Part shown: positions 1-12,400 of the stretch, piece after piece
How the letters are laid out: each line of letters starts with the position of its first letter
How positions within the stretch are numbered: the stretch's first letter is position 1
Source: Lingula anatina
Taxonomy: Eukaryota; Animalia; Brachiopoda
Direction of reading: 5' to 3'
Assembly (NCBI GenBank): GCA_051362555.1
Contig: CM120642.1
Span: 11,284,001-11,348,000 of the forward strand
DNA: 64,000 bases
Program-made: the position numbers and the translations under genes
Notes under the pieces: model-generated
The model's input: the letters and a program-made list of their open reading frames with translations, nothing else
Told to the model about the DNA's origin: nothing
Database searches by the model: none

Positions 1-80
1 CTTGAAACTGACTTCCTCTTCCGTCCGCTAAGTGCTTTGCGTTTTTGTGCAGCTCCATTGGTTTTATGCATGCTCGGCAT
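1..80 (-). CDS. Probable first coding segment of an unidentified gene continuing off the left edge (MPSMHKTNGAAQKRKALSGRKRKSVS...)
   Basis: On the minus strand, acceptor tttttctcAG at ~101-110 is followed by ATG at 80 and an open frame to base 1, with basic NLS-like clusters (KRK, RKRK). A CpG-rich stretch at ~1330-1390 with a CAG|GTACAT donor at ~1310 could be an untranslated first exon. Too short to identify. Confidence 0.45.
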   Translation of the reverse strand, partial: MPSMHKTNGAAQKRKALSGRKRKSVS

Positions 81-2777
81 CGTAAAATCATCAGATTAAT
101 CTGAGAAAAATAATGGATACCATTTACAAATGTGACAGGATCAATATTGGGATTTGAGTGTTTTCACATCTCTGTATAAGTGCATTGTTGATGAGTTTTC
201 ACATTTTCACCTAGGGTCAAGATGTTGTTAAGGATTCCTGCTCTCCCATCTTCATCCTTAAGTGCCAATCATGTTGATTTTGCTGTACAGTTTCACATTG
301 CCTCTTGGTCAGAAAGGTCTTTACCCAAGGTGCTTTTGATGTTACTATAACTAATACTACATTCCAATGCTTTAATTTTTTCAAAATTAATTACCTCAAA
401 CTTTCAAATATAGTTATTTGTGGTACTTAAATCAGTAATAGTCAAGAACTATAAATTCTCGATGTACTTAATAATATTAACAAGCCAGCAAATGGGCAAC
501 TACCTAGTACATGAATCTGTAGTTTAATATACTATATGTGAGTTTTCATTGAGAAAGAAAAGTAAATTTTTCCTACCCAACAATCATCGTTCTAAATTTG
601 AAAAAGATCAGTAGCTTTACAAGATATTAAGACAAAAAATTGACTTAGGTTTTGGGAAACTTTCAGATGTGTCGAGTTAATCTCAACATTAACGAAAAAA
701 GTATCTTCTCATAAAAAAAGGTCCTTATCATGCAGGTTGATTCAATGACATCCACACTGTAGAAAGATAAAGAAAATTATAATGTAAATCATCATTACTT
801 TACTAGTATTTGGACTAGAGTCTGTTGGTTGAGCATAGCACGAAATTCATGCACTTTTATAGGTGTGTACAGCCAGTACATGTACATATCAAAGAGTTCT
901 TAACCCAAAGGCAGAAGTTTCGTGCTTGGTCATGACTACATGAGAAGAGACATTAACATTGCCTCGGTGTTGAGCCTTGCTCAGATCTTTTTCAAATAGT
1001 AATATATACTTATCGCAAGTAAGTTCCTTTTCAATAAAACGAGCATTCGTTTTCTAGAAAAGCAATATTAGTTGCACTTACGGTGGCAGTTATAAGAGAT
1101 AGTGTGATGAACGGACGTCTGAGTAGCTTTTTTGCTACAATTCATAAATGGCGGGTTTCTAACAGCAGTCACCGGTTTACGGTAGTCGTAAACATAATGA
1201 CTCCGATGTTCGTCAAATGTTGGTGGTGCTTGTTACATAATTAAGCCGTCTAAGTGTCCATATGATGACATATTATTATGCGCGAAATACTTTTTCATGT
1301 AAACCATGTACCTGAAAGTTAATAAAAACTAGACCGCTTCCTCTCGCCGGCCGCTGGCCTACTCGACTCCCGTGATACAGCCGTAGACCTGGGAAGACAT
1401 ACCATCATGATTTATTATAATAACATATAACACCAGAGGCGGATTTATGATTTGGGGAAAGGGAGTCATAAAGTGATACTGTTTCATTATTTGGCAGTGG
1501 TTTTCACACAAAATTATTTAAATTTTGTTATAGATGATTGGTTACGTTTTATATAAAAAAATTACAACGTGCAGGTCTACGGGCGACTAGTAGATCACCT
1601 CAAAGACTCAAAATAAATTAATTGCTGAATTAACTGGGTAAATTAACCTAAAAGTCACAAAACTAGATTACTCTAGTACAGAACCTACCTTTGTTTAGCT
1701 TTAAATTTACAAGTTTACCATAACACAAATAAATAAATGAAATGAAATAATAAAATAAAATCAGTTTTAAAAGTATTTTAAAAAGAAATAAATGTTTATA
1801 TTATAGCATTGTTGGAATATTGCAAAAAAGACATCTTAAGTTTTGTATGAATGTGTTTATTTCCATTATGAAGCTTAAAGCAGGTCTTAAATTACTCATA
1901 GTATTTATATTTTAATATATAACAATATGCCATCATATGGACTCTAAGATTAGTTTTACAAATTCACATACATGACAGACAAATTTAAAAGCACTAACAT
2001 TGAATTTTATACACTCTACAAAGGAAAATTTCCAATTCCCCCAATATTTAAACAACTATATTTATTGATTGTTGCTGATTATAAGTAACTTTTATTTTCA
2101 CATAAATTAAATTGCTGAATTGTCAGTAACCATATAACTTACAGCTGGACTGAGTGATGTCAGCTGATGCCATAGCCTGATGAAGATATGACTTGAGTAA
2201 ACAAAATCTGCATGAACTGTTCTACACTGATAAAAGTATAATAATATATTAAAGGTATACCCTGCATTAAAAAAAATGCCCCAAATCATATTTTCTTTAT
2301 TGATCATCTACACACATTTTGCAAAGCTACTTATCTTTCATTAATGTAGACCTTAAAAAGAATAAAATTCCCTCTAGGTAGACATTTGGAACAAAATTAT
2401 ATACATAGCAATGACATATATAAACTATTGAATCCAAGGGCATAGAATGAGTCCAGCAAAGATTTCAATTGTCAGTAGGAACTTCTCAAGGAAACTGATT
2501 TGGTGTGAAAGTCTTGGATAAGATACCTTTTATTCGACTCCAAAGCCTTTTTTTATCTTAAATCAAAGTATAAGCATTTGACCATCACTCAATGTATCAT
2601 GTAGTTTCATCTGAAGAATATGTGTAAGCTTGTTTTAACAAAAAAAATCCTATTATCAAATTGAAGGTAAGGTCTCCATCAGTGCCAGTGTCTATCAGCA
2701 CAGGACTTTATCATTTGCAGGTATACATGCATCCATGCTACAATGTCAGATCTCCATTACAAATTTTCAAAAATTGC

Positions 2778-5700
2778 TTAAGTCTTATTTCCTGCTGGAA
2801 ATGGGTCTTCCCAAGCTGGTAATTTTTCCACTACTTTTCTGGCTATATTTTTGAAGGCCAGTGCCTAAAAATAAAAGAGAAAAAATGCAAATCTATTAGA
2901 AATATTACAGCTAATAATTTTCAAAGTAAAAAGGGCATCTAGAAATTAAGAAAGGCAACCATTAACAATAATTGTACAAAATAACATATACCAATCCCCT
3001 ATATTTAGTAACAACAGTGCTATTCACTAGTATGTAAAACTTTTAACAATCCTGACCAAAAGTATCTAATTTCTTTTTCAAATTCATAATGAGTTCTTGT
3101 CACTTTCTTATTTATAAGTCCAAAATAAAGGTTATCTGAGCTGACTGTCTAATACGACATCATGTTAGTATAAAATCAGACCGTTCCACATACCTGTGGG
3201 CTCCCCTCTTCACTGACTACCACTGGTTTTCCACTGTCACAGAGTTCACGGATCTTTGTGTGTAGGGGAATATCACCTGAAAGGCATGACACTGCATCAG
3301 TGGCATATTCTCTGATTTTTCTGAATAATTTTTATTGTACTCACAATCTTATATATTATTAATTCCCTTTTAAACTCTTTCCTTTATTTATATTATGTTT
3401 TATCTTTGCTGGCGATTATATGATTCGATGATTTCCCTAACTTCAGACAGTTGTTTCCAACAACAGCAGATGCACACTGACACCAAAGGTAAGTTTCAGG
3501 TAATCTCTGAAATTCAGTAACTGCAAGGCCAGTCATGCTTACCAAGTATCTCCAGACCCATTTCTTGTGCCAATTTGTTAGCTCCCTCTTCCCCGAAGAT
3601 GTGTTCCTCATGCCCACACTTGGGACAATGGAAGACACTCATGTTCTGTACTATACCCAGCACTGGAACCTGAACTTTCTTGAACATCTCGGCCCCTTTC
3701 CTGGCATCCAGGAGGGCAATGTCCTGTGGTGTGGACACAATTACAGCACCTGCAGCAGTCATTTGAGTATTGAATTTATTGTCAACTTGATTTATGACAC
3801 AGAAGTTTTCACAGTTTAACTAAATTATAAACTATAAGCAAACTAATTGTCTATTTCAAATATTCTTATTGCCTTTTTGCTGTTGAATTTGGATTAAAGT
3901 AAACATTTTTGTAAGTTGTTACAATTTTGAATTTCACATATTTTACACTCCTTTTATGCAGAATTACAAACAAAACAAATAATGGAGACAGAGAGAGATT
4001 GATAAGACATTAAAATACAGACATCGATTTCAACTGGCTATTTATATACTTGTTATGTTGTAAATCAGGCCCGTAGCCAGGGGGGGTTCGGGGGTTTGAA
4101 AGAACCTCCCCTTTTGCTGGGAAAAGGTCCACTCTGGGTAAAATTTGATCTAGGTACATGAAGTTTTAATGGGAAAAGGTCCACTTTTTCAGAAAAAGAA
4201 CCCCCCTTTTGAAATTGCTGACTATGGGCCTGTAAATGATCACTGAAGAAAAATTGTCAAAAATTTGAACTTGTTAACTGAATAGTATCAATATTCTGAT
4301 CTGGGAAATTATCACTTTAGAATTTATTTATAAGTCAGAAATATGACAAAATCTGACTTGTGGAATAATGACCAATCATTTTCCTACCTGATATGGGAAT
4401 ATTTTGGGATAATGTTAACTGTGTGTCACCTGTGCCTGGGGGCATGTCAATAACTAGGTAGTCTAGAGGGCCCCACGCAACCTGTAATACAATTGATAAA
4501 ATTATTTAATCATATCAAGATCTATAAGTGCCCATGTGCAAAACAAGCACCTTTAAAGTACTAGTATAAGCGTGTAATCAGGATTTTTACTTAGAAAAAA
4601 CTAGGCTTTGACAGTGAAGTTTGTGTCATGCAGCAGACAGAATGAACAGTCAAGAATGGATCTAATGAGCAAACCAGCAGCTTGGCAGTTTGTTGATGCA
4701 ATGCTAGGGACAATAAGAGTAAAGGTCCACACTTTCTAACTTTGTAGAGGAACAGATTTCATATCGGTCACGGAGTGACCAAAACCTCTGTAAGGTAAAG
4801 CTTCAAGTTAATGTAGAAAAAGAAAAGTTCAATTTCACAACATAACCCTGATACAATTAGCACTGAAAGATATTTGCGTTATTTGGAAGAGAAAAAAGAT
4901 TAGTGTGCGTCAGATAGAGTAGGAACTCTGGTATGGGATGAAGTGAAATCTAACTATCAAATGGGTTTTGTGTACATGTGTTCAAAAACTGTATACCTCA
5001 TACATTTCCTCTTATTTTCCCTATCAGCACTGCCTTGGTTCAAGAGAGATATAGGGAGAGACTTGCCAACTGACCTGTCTTAGTAACCTTTGTATGGCAG
5101 ACATAACCATGAGCCCCCTCCAAACAACTGGTGAACCCTCGTCCACAAGAAAACCCATGGACATACTGTAATCAAATAAGCCTGTCCTTGAAATTACAAT
5201 TCTTATTAGCAATGTAAGACTGTAGAAATCCCCAACCTTAAAGACCCACAAAATAGTGCAACATTTAACATACGTATATTCTGTAAAAGTTGGTTTAATA
5301 GTTTCTTGTCGCAGATAGTGAATGTTTCTCTGTTTTCTGTTTTGTTCAGTCTAGTATCCAACATACTGTATGTTGTATTCTAAGTTCTATATTGATAATT
5401 GTTTCTAGTAGCAGAAGGATGTCATTAAAAAATCTTACCATTTAATTCCGAAGTTCACTAATGGCATCATTAGATTTTCTGTAACAGCAAATAAAAATAA
5501 AATGCTAAAACAAATAAGGTTATTGAGATGCTGTAGCAGCCTTAAAAATTGCATGCAACACAACAAATTGCAACTGCTTTGCAAACACTTGCAAAAAATT
5601 GGCAAGAGAGGGAGGGGCATTTTTCTAACCATTCTTTATGTTTATTCTGTAGTTACTGTAAGCTTACAATTTTTATATCAATTGGGAATAATCATTTGAT

Positions 5701-7147
5701 AAAAATTTCATATGCTGGGAGAAATCTACATATTACATATCACTGCACATGTACTTCACTTACGTTCATTTAAAAACACCTGCCCTTCAAGGTTCATCAT
5801 CCTTGGGATAGAGGGGCCATACACATCAGCATCTAACAAACCAACCTGCTTGTCCTAGAAAAAATAACTTTAATTATTTACTTTTAATCACCATCTGGAA
5901 CATTTTGTGTCCTACTAAAAATTTATTCTTGAAGTGTCACCTAAAATAGGAAGATTTCTTTTTCTGCAAAAGCATGACAAAAATAATCAGTTATATAAAT
6001 ACCATATAATATTAAATTATATTTCATTATATAAATGTCATATAATTTAATATTTTCTTAATTTTGACACATATTGGGGAATGCATAAGGCAAATACCTT
6101 GTCATTGTCTGCAAGAGCTAAGGCCAGGTTTACTGAAAAATTGAGATAAAAATATCACTGACACCATTTTCTGTAAACTTTTTTGAAAATAACTAATACT
6201 AAGCCTGTTGATTTAAAATGTTGGCTGTTTTTCAGCTTTGCCAATGCTATGTGTATGATGGCCAGGATAAGGTGAGAAGGCCATGTTGTTATTAGTAACA
6301 ATACAGTAAAAATATATACATTGATGATAATTGACAATGATTCTGTTATATTCAGTCAATTTAGATATACCGAGAACTTGCAATCACGTATTATGAGTGG
6401 TCCAGTCTGTCTTTAAATAAACTGCAAAATATAACTTAGCTCAGCAGAGCAGAGTTTAATGGTATAACCATGTGCACTGAGACCATTTGGATCACTCCAG
6501 ACAACAAGACAAGGACTAATTCAGAGCAGGAGAGGCCACACATTACCTGCTACAGTGGACTTGCCCACCCCACCCTTTCCAGATGCCACCACAATGACCT
6601 GTTTCACTCCTGCTATGGGGAATTTCTTTGGCAATCCTTTGGACATCTGTTCCTTGACACCAGGCGAATCTGCTGTCTTTTTTTTATTGATTCCCTACAA
6701 GGCAAAATTGGGGAACTCATACATGTACAATGCACTGTACAGTATATGGTCCATTCCATAATTATTTTTCCTTCTTAACACCTTAACCCCCCCCCCCCTC
6801 CGTCCTACTCATTTATCATTAATATACCAGTTATTATCACAAAGGTCCAGTGCAAAAAGTAGAGTTACTTACAGCAAAATTAGCATCCAATGGATGATCT
6901 CAGTTAACGTACTGGTATACACCAACTGACCAACTTCATCAAGTTTCATTTTGGAATATTTTAATATTAAAATACTAACAGTTACTGACTGTTCAAATGC
7001 ACATCTTGACATACTTACAAACGGATCTTCGTGGGTGGAAAAATGCGTTTTTGTTGTTGATGAAACCCGAGGAAATGTAGCATAACAGGAAAACAGTGAC
7101 TTGGCACAATTTCTGGAGATCCAGGCTTTCCCCACGAGGGTCGCCAT
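2778..7147 (-). CDS. NUBPL: Mitochondrial Fe-S cluster transfer P-loop NTPase NUBPL/Ind1 (Mrp/NBP35 family), 10 exons, ~334 aa
   Basis: Exons read with GT-AG boundaries and consistent phases: 7147-7019, 6694-6547, 6132-6098, 5854-5764, 5478-5439, 5165-5075, 4481-4388, 3749-3543, 3276-3194, 2864-2778 (TAA). Motifs: [12 protein letters not shown] (deviant Walker A), [50 protein letters not shown] (CxxC). The N-terminus resembles a mitochondrial presequence. Confidence 0.95.
4066..4232. mobile_element. 167-bp MITE in a NUBPL intron
   Basis: Terminal inverted repeats CAGGCCCGTAGCCAG / CTGACTATGGGCCTG (13/15 match), flanked by TAAAT on both sides (4061-4065, 4233-4237). Internal direct repeat GGGAAAAGGTCCACT. 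Superfamily not assigned. Confidence 0.8.
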
Positions 7148-7419
7148 TTTTTGCTCACGGAATTCCCTACCTCGCTTCCATACAAGAAACACAGGCATAA
7201 GGAAATGTCTAAGTAAAACCCATTAGCTTGAACTGACATAAATAAAATATTTATTTCTCAAAATGAATTAAAAATCTAAAATTAATTAAAACGCATTTTT
7301 AGGCGCTATGAGGGACATCTGATGAGACAATCTAGAAAAGAGTGTATTGATTTTTGACCACGTGCCTGTGGCATAAGTAACCTGGCACGATATGTGGACC
7401 AGTGTACGCAGCATACAAA
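7148..7419. promoter_or_regulatory. Bidirectional promoter shared by NUBPL and peptidase copy 1
   Basis: Divergent start codons only 272 bp apart. Locally CpG-retaining, with E-box CACGTG at 7359-7364 and a YY1-like AAAATGGCG overlapping the NUBPL ATG. Confidence 0.75.
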
Positions 7420-9429
7420 ATGCAGCAGGATTTTGAGTTAGTTTGCTCTGCCACAGCCAACAGTGGTAAAATACCTGTGTACAAGTATAAGTCAAAGTCG
7501 ACAGGATTAACCGTGTCCATAGCTCAGGTAGCTGGGCCAACCGTAAGCGGGTATTTTTGCTTGGGTAAGTTGTTCTGGTGAAGCCAGCTGCTGAGACCAG
7601 TCGTTTGCTCCATCTTAGGTCAGCAATACTTTGCGGTCTATCTAAAATGCCTGTAATTAGATACCTGGATGTAGTTCTACTTCTGTTTGAAATTAAGCCT
7701 TGTTACACAATATATATTTAAATAGCCGTTTGTGCAAATACCAATCTCTTGAGCTAAGCTAATAAGACAAAGAATTTGACCTATTTTCAGCTAGACTGAA
7801 CAATTTACCTCTAGTATATATAGTTTTATTTATATTTATTTTAATCAATATTATTTTACTGACCTGCTTTAATCCATTAGATGTTTGTTAAGTTAGAGTG
7901 AAAACCATCTTTAATTTGTGTCTACACAAGTATATATAGTAAGTAAACATATACCAGTAACTTTTCTGCTCCCACGTGCACCGGCCCTCACATGCCAGAC
8001 TACTTAGTACATTGTGCAAGTTATATTCATTTAATACTAATTGAGGTAAATTTGGGTGCTTATACCATCAAACAAGACAACATCTGCCATATTTTCCCAG
8101 CTACTGAAGCTCATGATGATGATGGGTTACCCCATACCTTGGAACATTTGGTCTTTATGGGAAGTGAAAAGTACCCGTACAAGGTAGGATTTTGTCTAAA
8201 CTGGACACTTGCCAAGATGTAAAAGTTAAAGGGAACTCAAATACAATGTAAAAGTAATAGATATGATGATGCCATAGGACATCACACTATGACAAAGCTT
8301 AATTCATATTTGTCAATAAGTCAGGAAGAAAAAGGTTCCAAGGTAAAATTACAAGTATTATTTTCACCAAACGGAAGTGTTTATGTGTCAGTTTAAAGAT
8401 TTACAATCATGTTCTTCTGACATGCTTTCAGGGTGTATTGGACCTGTTGGCAAACCGCTGCCTGGCCTCTGGGACTAATGCCTGGACTGATACAGACCAC
8501 ACCTACTACACCATGCAGACAGCTGGAGATGAAGGCTTCCTTACCCTCATGCCCATATATGTAGAACATGTGCTTTTTGCTACTCTTACTGTAAGTGTAT
8601 TGGAAGATTTGCATTCTGATGAACTTGGGTATTCTAAATTGTGGAATGTTAAAACACTTCTTTGGTGCATTCATACATGTGAAGTTCAGGCAGATCTTAA
8701 CAGGAAGCAGTTCATATTCTTACCGGGTACCTGTCATCAGCCATTAGACTTTCTGATAATAACCCTTCTTCATATCGCTGCATTCCGTTGAAAAGCTATC
8801 TGCATCTGATCGTAGGTCGCATGACTCTTTAGTTATGCTTTTATGTCCTGAGTGGTCTGTACCATCATCCACTGATACAGGAAGAAAACGATCAAATATT
8901 AAGGAAAAAAATTGTAATTGATATGACAAAAATATTAATTATAGGTTGGATGCCTAGTTTTTTCAGGCTAGGATATACTAGTGCTTTTCATAATATGTCA
9001 TAGAGAGTTAATTTAAAGTTTGAAATTAACTAAGAAAAGCTGAAGTGTTGATCAATAATTTAATGATAAAAATATTTATCTGGCTAATTTAATAAGAAAT
9101 TCCTAGTATTGACCCCTAGAGTAAGTATTATATTATATATTTCGTCCTCCAGGACTCTGCTTACCTCACAGAAGTTCACCATGTCACAGAGCAAGGGGAA
9201 GATGCTGGTGTGGTCTACTGTGAAATGCAGGCCTGTGAAAACACGGGGGAGGAAAGAACCAGACTCGCCCTTCTCAGGGCCATGTACCCAGGGCATTGTG
9301 GGTATAAGTCAGAGACTGGGGGAATGTTGGAAAATTTACGCATAAGTACCTCAAATAAAAAGGTAAATTGCATTATTTTTCTCAAATATTATGGTATTAT
9401 ACAATTATTGGGCAGACTTAATTTGGCTT

Positions 9430-9460
<31 letters not shown>

Positions 9461-12400
9461 GCAGAAAAGTGATATCAACCGAGGCAGCTGTAGAAGTACC
9501 ATTGCTGCGAGCTGATATTAGTATATGAATGTTAATCTTTTACCTTAGGTTCAGATAATAACATTTACTGTTTGTTTATTTAAGAAACACACTATTAACC
9601 CAGGATTCCATTTTTTTCTTCTGTTTACTAATTTTTCTCTGATCAAGGAAAGAACAAAACCATAGAAAAATATCATTTCATTGCAATCAATAATTCTCAA
9701 CGAAGGAAAATAAAAGCAATATAAGTGATGCCAGTTATAAAGATTTATATAATTTCCATAGGTTGTGAGCTATCATCAGGAGTTTTATCGCCCAGAAAAT
9801 CTAAACCTCATTATCACTGGTCAGGTCAATCCCCAAGATGTGTTTAAGGCACTAGAGCCAATACAGCAGAAAATACTAGCAAAGGTAAGTGATAGCAATG
9901 TCTGTGCATCTGTATTTATGCCCATTTTGGGTCAATCCACTTACTCTTTATTATAACAATTTTAGTCAGGCACTGCCTTTTCTTCTGGTCTCTTTAATGG
10001 TTTCTTTGAATGTCATATGCTTTATATATATTGTTCTTTTTAGGGTAAACAAGCTCAATTTGTCCGTCCCTGGCAGAGTGATGTTCCTCCACTGGAGAAT
10101 TCAGTTGAACAGATTGTCTGCTACCCCTCTGATGATGAAACTCGGGGCCTAGTCAGGATGGCCTGGAGGGGACCTAATGTCAAGGTCAGCGAATTGTAAT
10201 GGCCATCACATCAAACAAAGTACAGTCTCACATAACATAATCAAGGTCAGATGTGATGATTGGAAGTGGCTCACAATAAGTACTACCTTTTACTATAAGA
10301 AGTATTCAGTGGTGTAATGTCAATTTCCGTCAATGCAAACACATTTAGTTTTGTCATGTAGCTAACGCACTGAGCACCGTCACACAAGTTTTCCTAACCT
10401 TCAGCTTAAAGAGAGATCCTCTGGCACTTGCTTGTGTATAGTTGTCATAAAAAGTCAGTTTTTGGTATAAATGTTGGATAGTGATATGAAATTGTAAAAT
10501 TTAAAGAAAAAACGTGTAAATTGCAGCAATGTGAGTGTTATTCATTACTTACTTAACCAAAGACTTCTATGATTTAAGGATCTGTACACACATGTTGCAC
10601 TGACTGTGATTTTGGACTACCTCCGAGATTCTGCTATATCTCCCCTACAGAGAGACTTTGTGGAGCTGGAGGAGCCATACTGTTCAAATGTGAGAAACAG
10701 CTGTTGGTATTCATGGTTTTAGTCCCGACACGTCTTGGGATATTTTGAGAACTCTCGTTTATTGCATTTTGTAGATCTTGTAAAGCACAACACTGGATTG
10801 AAAGTTTACATCATCCCTGTGAATTTTCAGGCAAATGTGTGGAGAAATGAAAAAGAAATTGTGCACAAGATAAATCAACTTTGTTTTGTTTTTGTTTTTT
10901 GTTTTGTTTTTTTTTGCCCATTACCAAATAAGAATGTAGTGTTTAACCGACCATAACCCCTGATATTGCATGTAAAATTTAAATGTAATTCCATGTTCAT
11001 TTTGCTTAAAGTCTTGGCTTTTTAAAAACACATACTTTGTATGGGTAATAAAGGCACAAAAATAAATTATAGCCAAGTTACTGAGGTGACCCTGCTTTTA
11101 AAGGATAGCTCACAGAATTAATTGGGCCCAGCAAAAGTTTATGGGTCATTATTAACCAGTACCTATGGGGTGAAAGCGGGTGAAGGAGGTGTGTGCAGTC
11201 TGTTCTGACGCTTCGGAAGTGGTGAACTCCATTTAATTCTTTGGCTAAATGAGAGACAACAACCCTGTATTGATCTTTAAAGAGAGTTGCGTTGATATTT
11301 TTGTGTGAGTTTTTCTGAGGTCAGTTAAAAGGGTGACTGAGGATTGATTTAAGAGATTTATTTGATTAATTTCAGGTGTCATATTCTATTATAGAAAACC
11401 GAGAGATGTGTCTTATGCTGACATTCCAAAATGTCCGAAAGGAGAAGCTGAAGGAAATTAAACCCAGGTATGCTCTTCCATAAGCTAAAAGTTTTGCTGA
11501 GTTCAGTAACTTATATCATGTATATGTGCAACTATATGAAACTACATTGTTTCATTATAATTTGTTTACCTTTTTGATTCTGTTCCACCAATCTATGTCT
11601 TATATGATAAATCTGTGCAAACTTTTAGTATTTGCTAAACTATTTGAATAATCAGCAATTGCCCCTATTATAAAGGAAAACCTTATTTCGCCATCATATT
11701 ATTGCTTTTTTTAATAAGTTTGTTTGTGATTGATCAGGTTGTTGGCCACCATTGGAAAGATAATGAAGAGAGAGGAAGAGATTGATAGTAAGAGAATGGA
11801 GACTGTGATTCACAAAAATATTCTGGATAGTATGGAGAGGGTAAGTCTCAGAATTAACCTAAAAAACAAGTTACATCTGACCTTATGTAAGTTGAAAGTG
11901 TGTTAGGTTTCACATTGCAGTAGAAACGACATTTTGTTAGGTGCGACACTGAGTTGCATCAGAAAGTTAGTTAAAGCAATGTATCAGACGTGGTAGGATG
12001 TTTTGTATTGGAGGATATTGGATTTGACTGATGATAGATATGAAATTCTTATTTTTATGTACAGACACAGATGTGTCTGTACATATAGCCATCACCTGCG
12101 TCTATCGTCGTCGCCGTGCACTTTCACCGAAAACACGATAAGTGGAAAATCGTTTTCTCTTTTAGTTTGAAACTTACAGAATTGATAATTATTTATAATA
12201 CGCAGGTCAAGTTCAAAAATCAGCACGATCAGGTCATTTTTAGGGGAGTTATGCTGTTTTTTCACTTTTTTCAGCATATATGCAGCACCGATAACATGAT
12301 AAGTGGAAAACCATTTTACCTTTTGGCTTGAAACTTACAGAACTGATGAATATCTATAATACGCAGGTCAAGTTCGAAAATCAGCATGATCGGGCCATTT

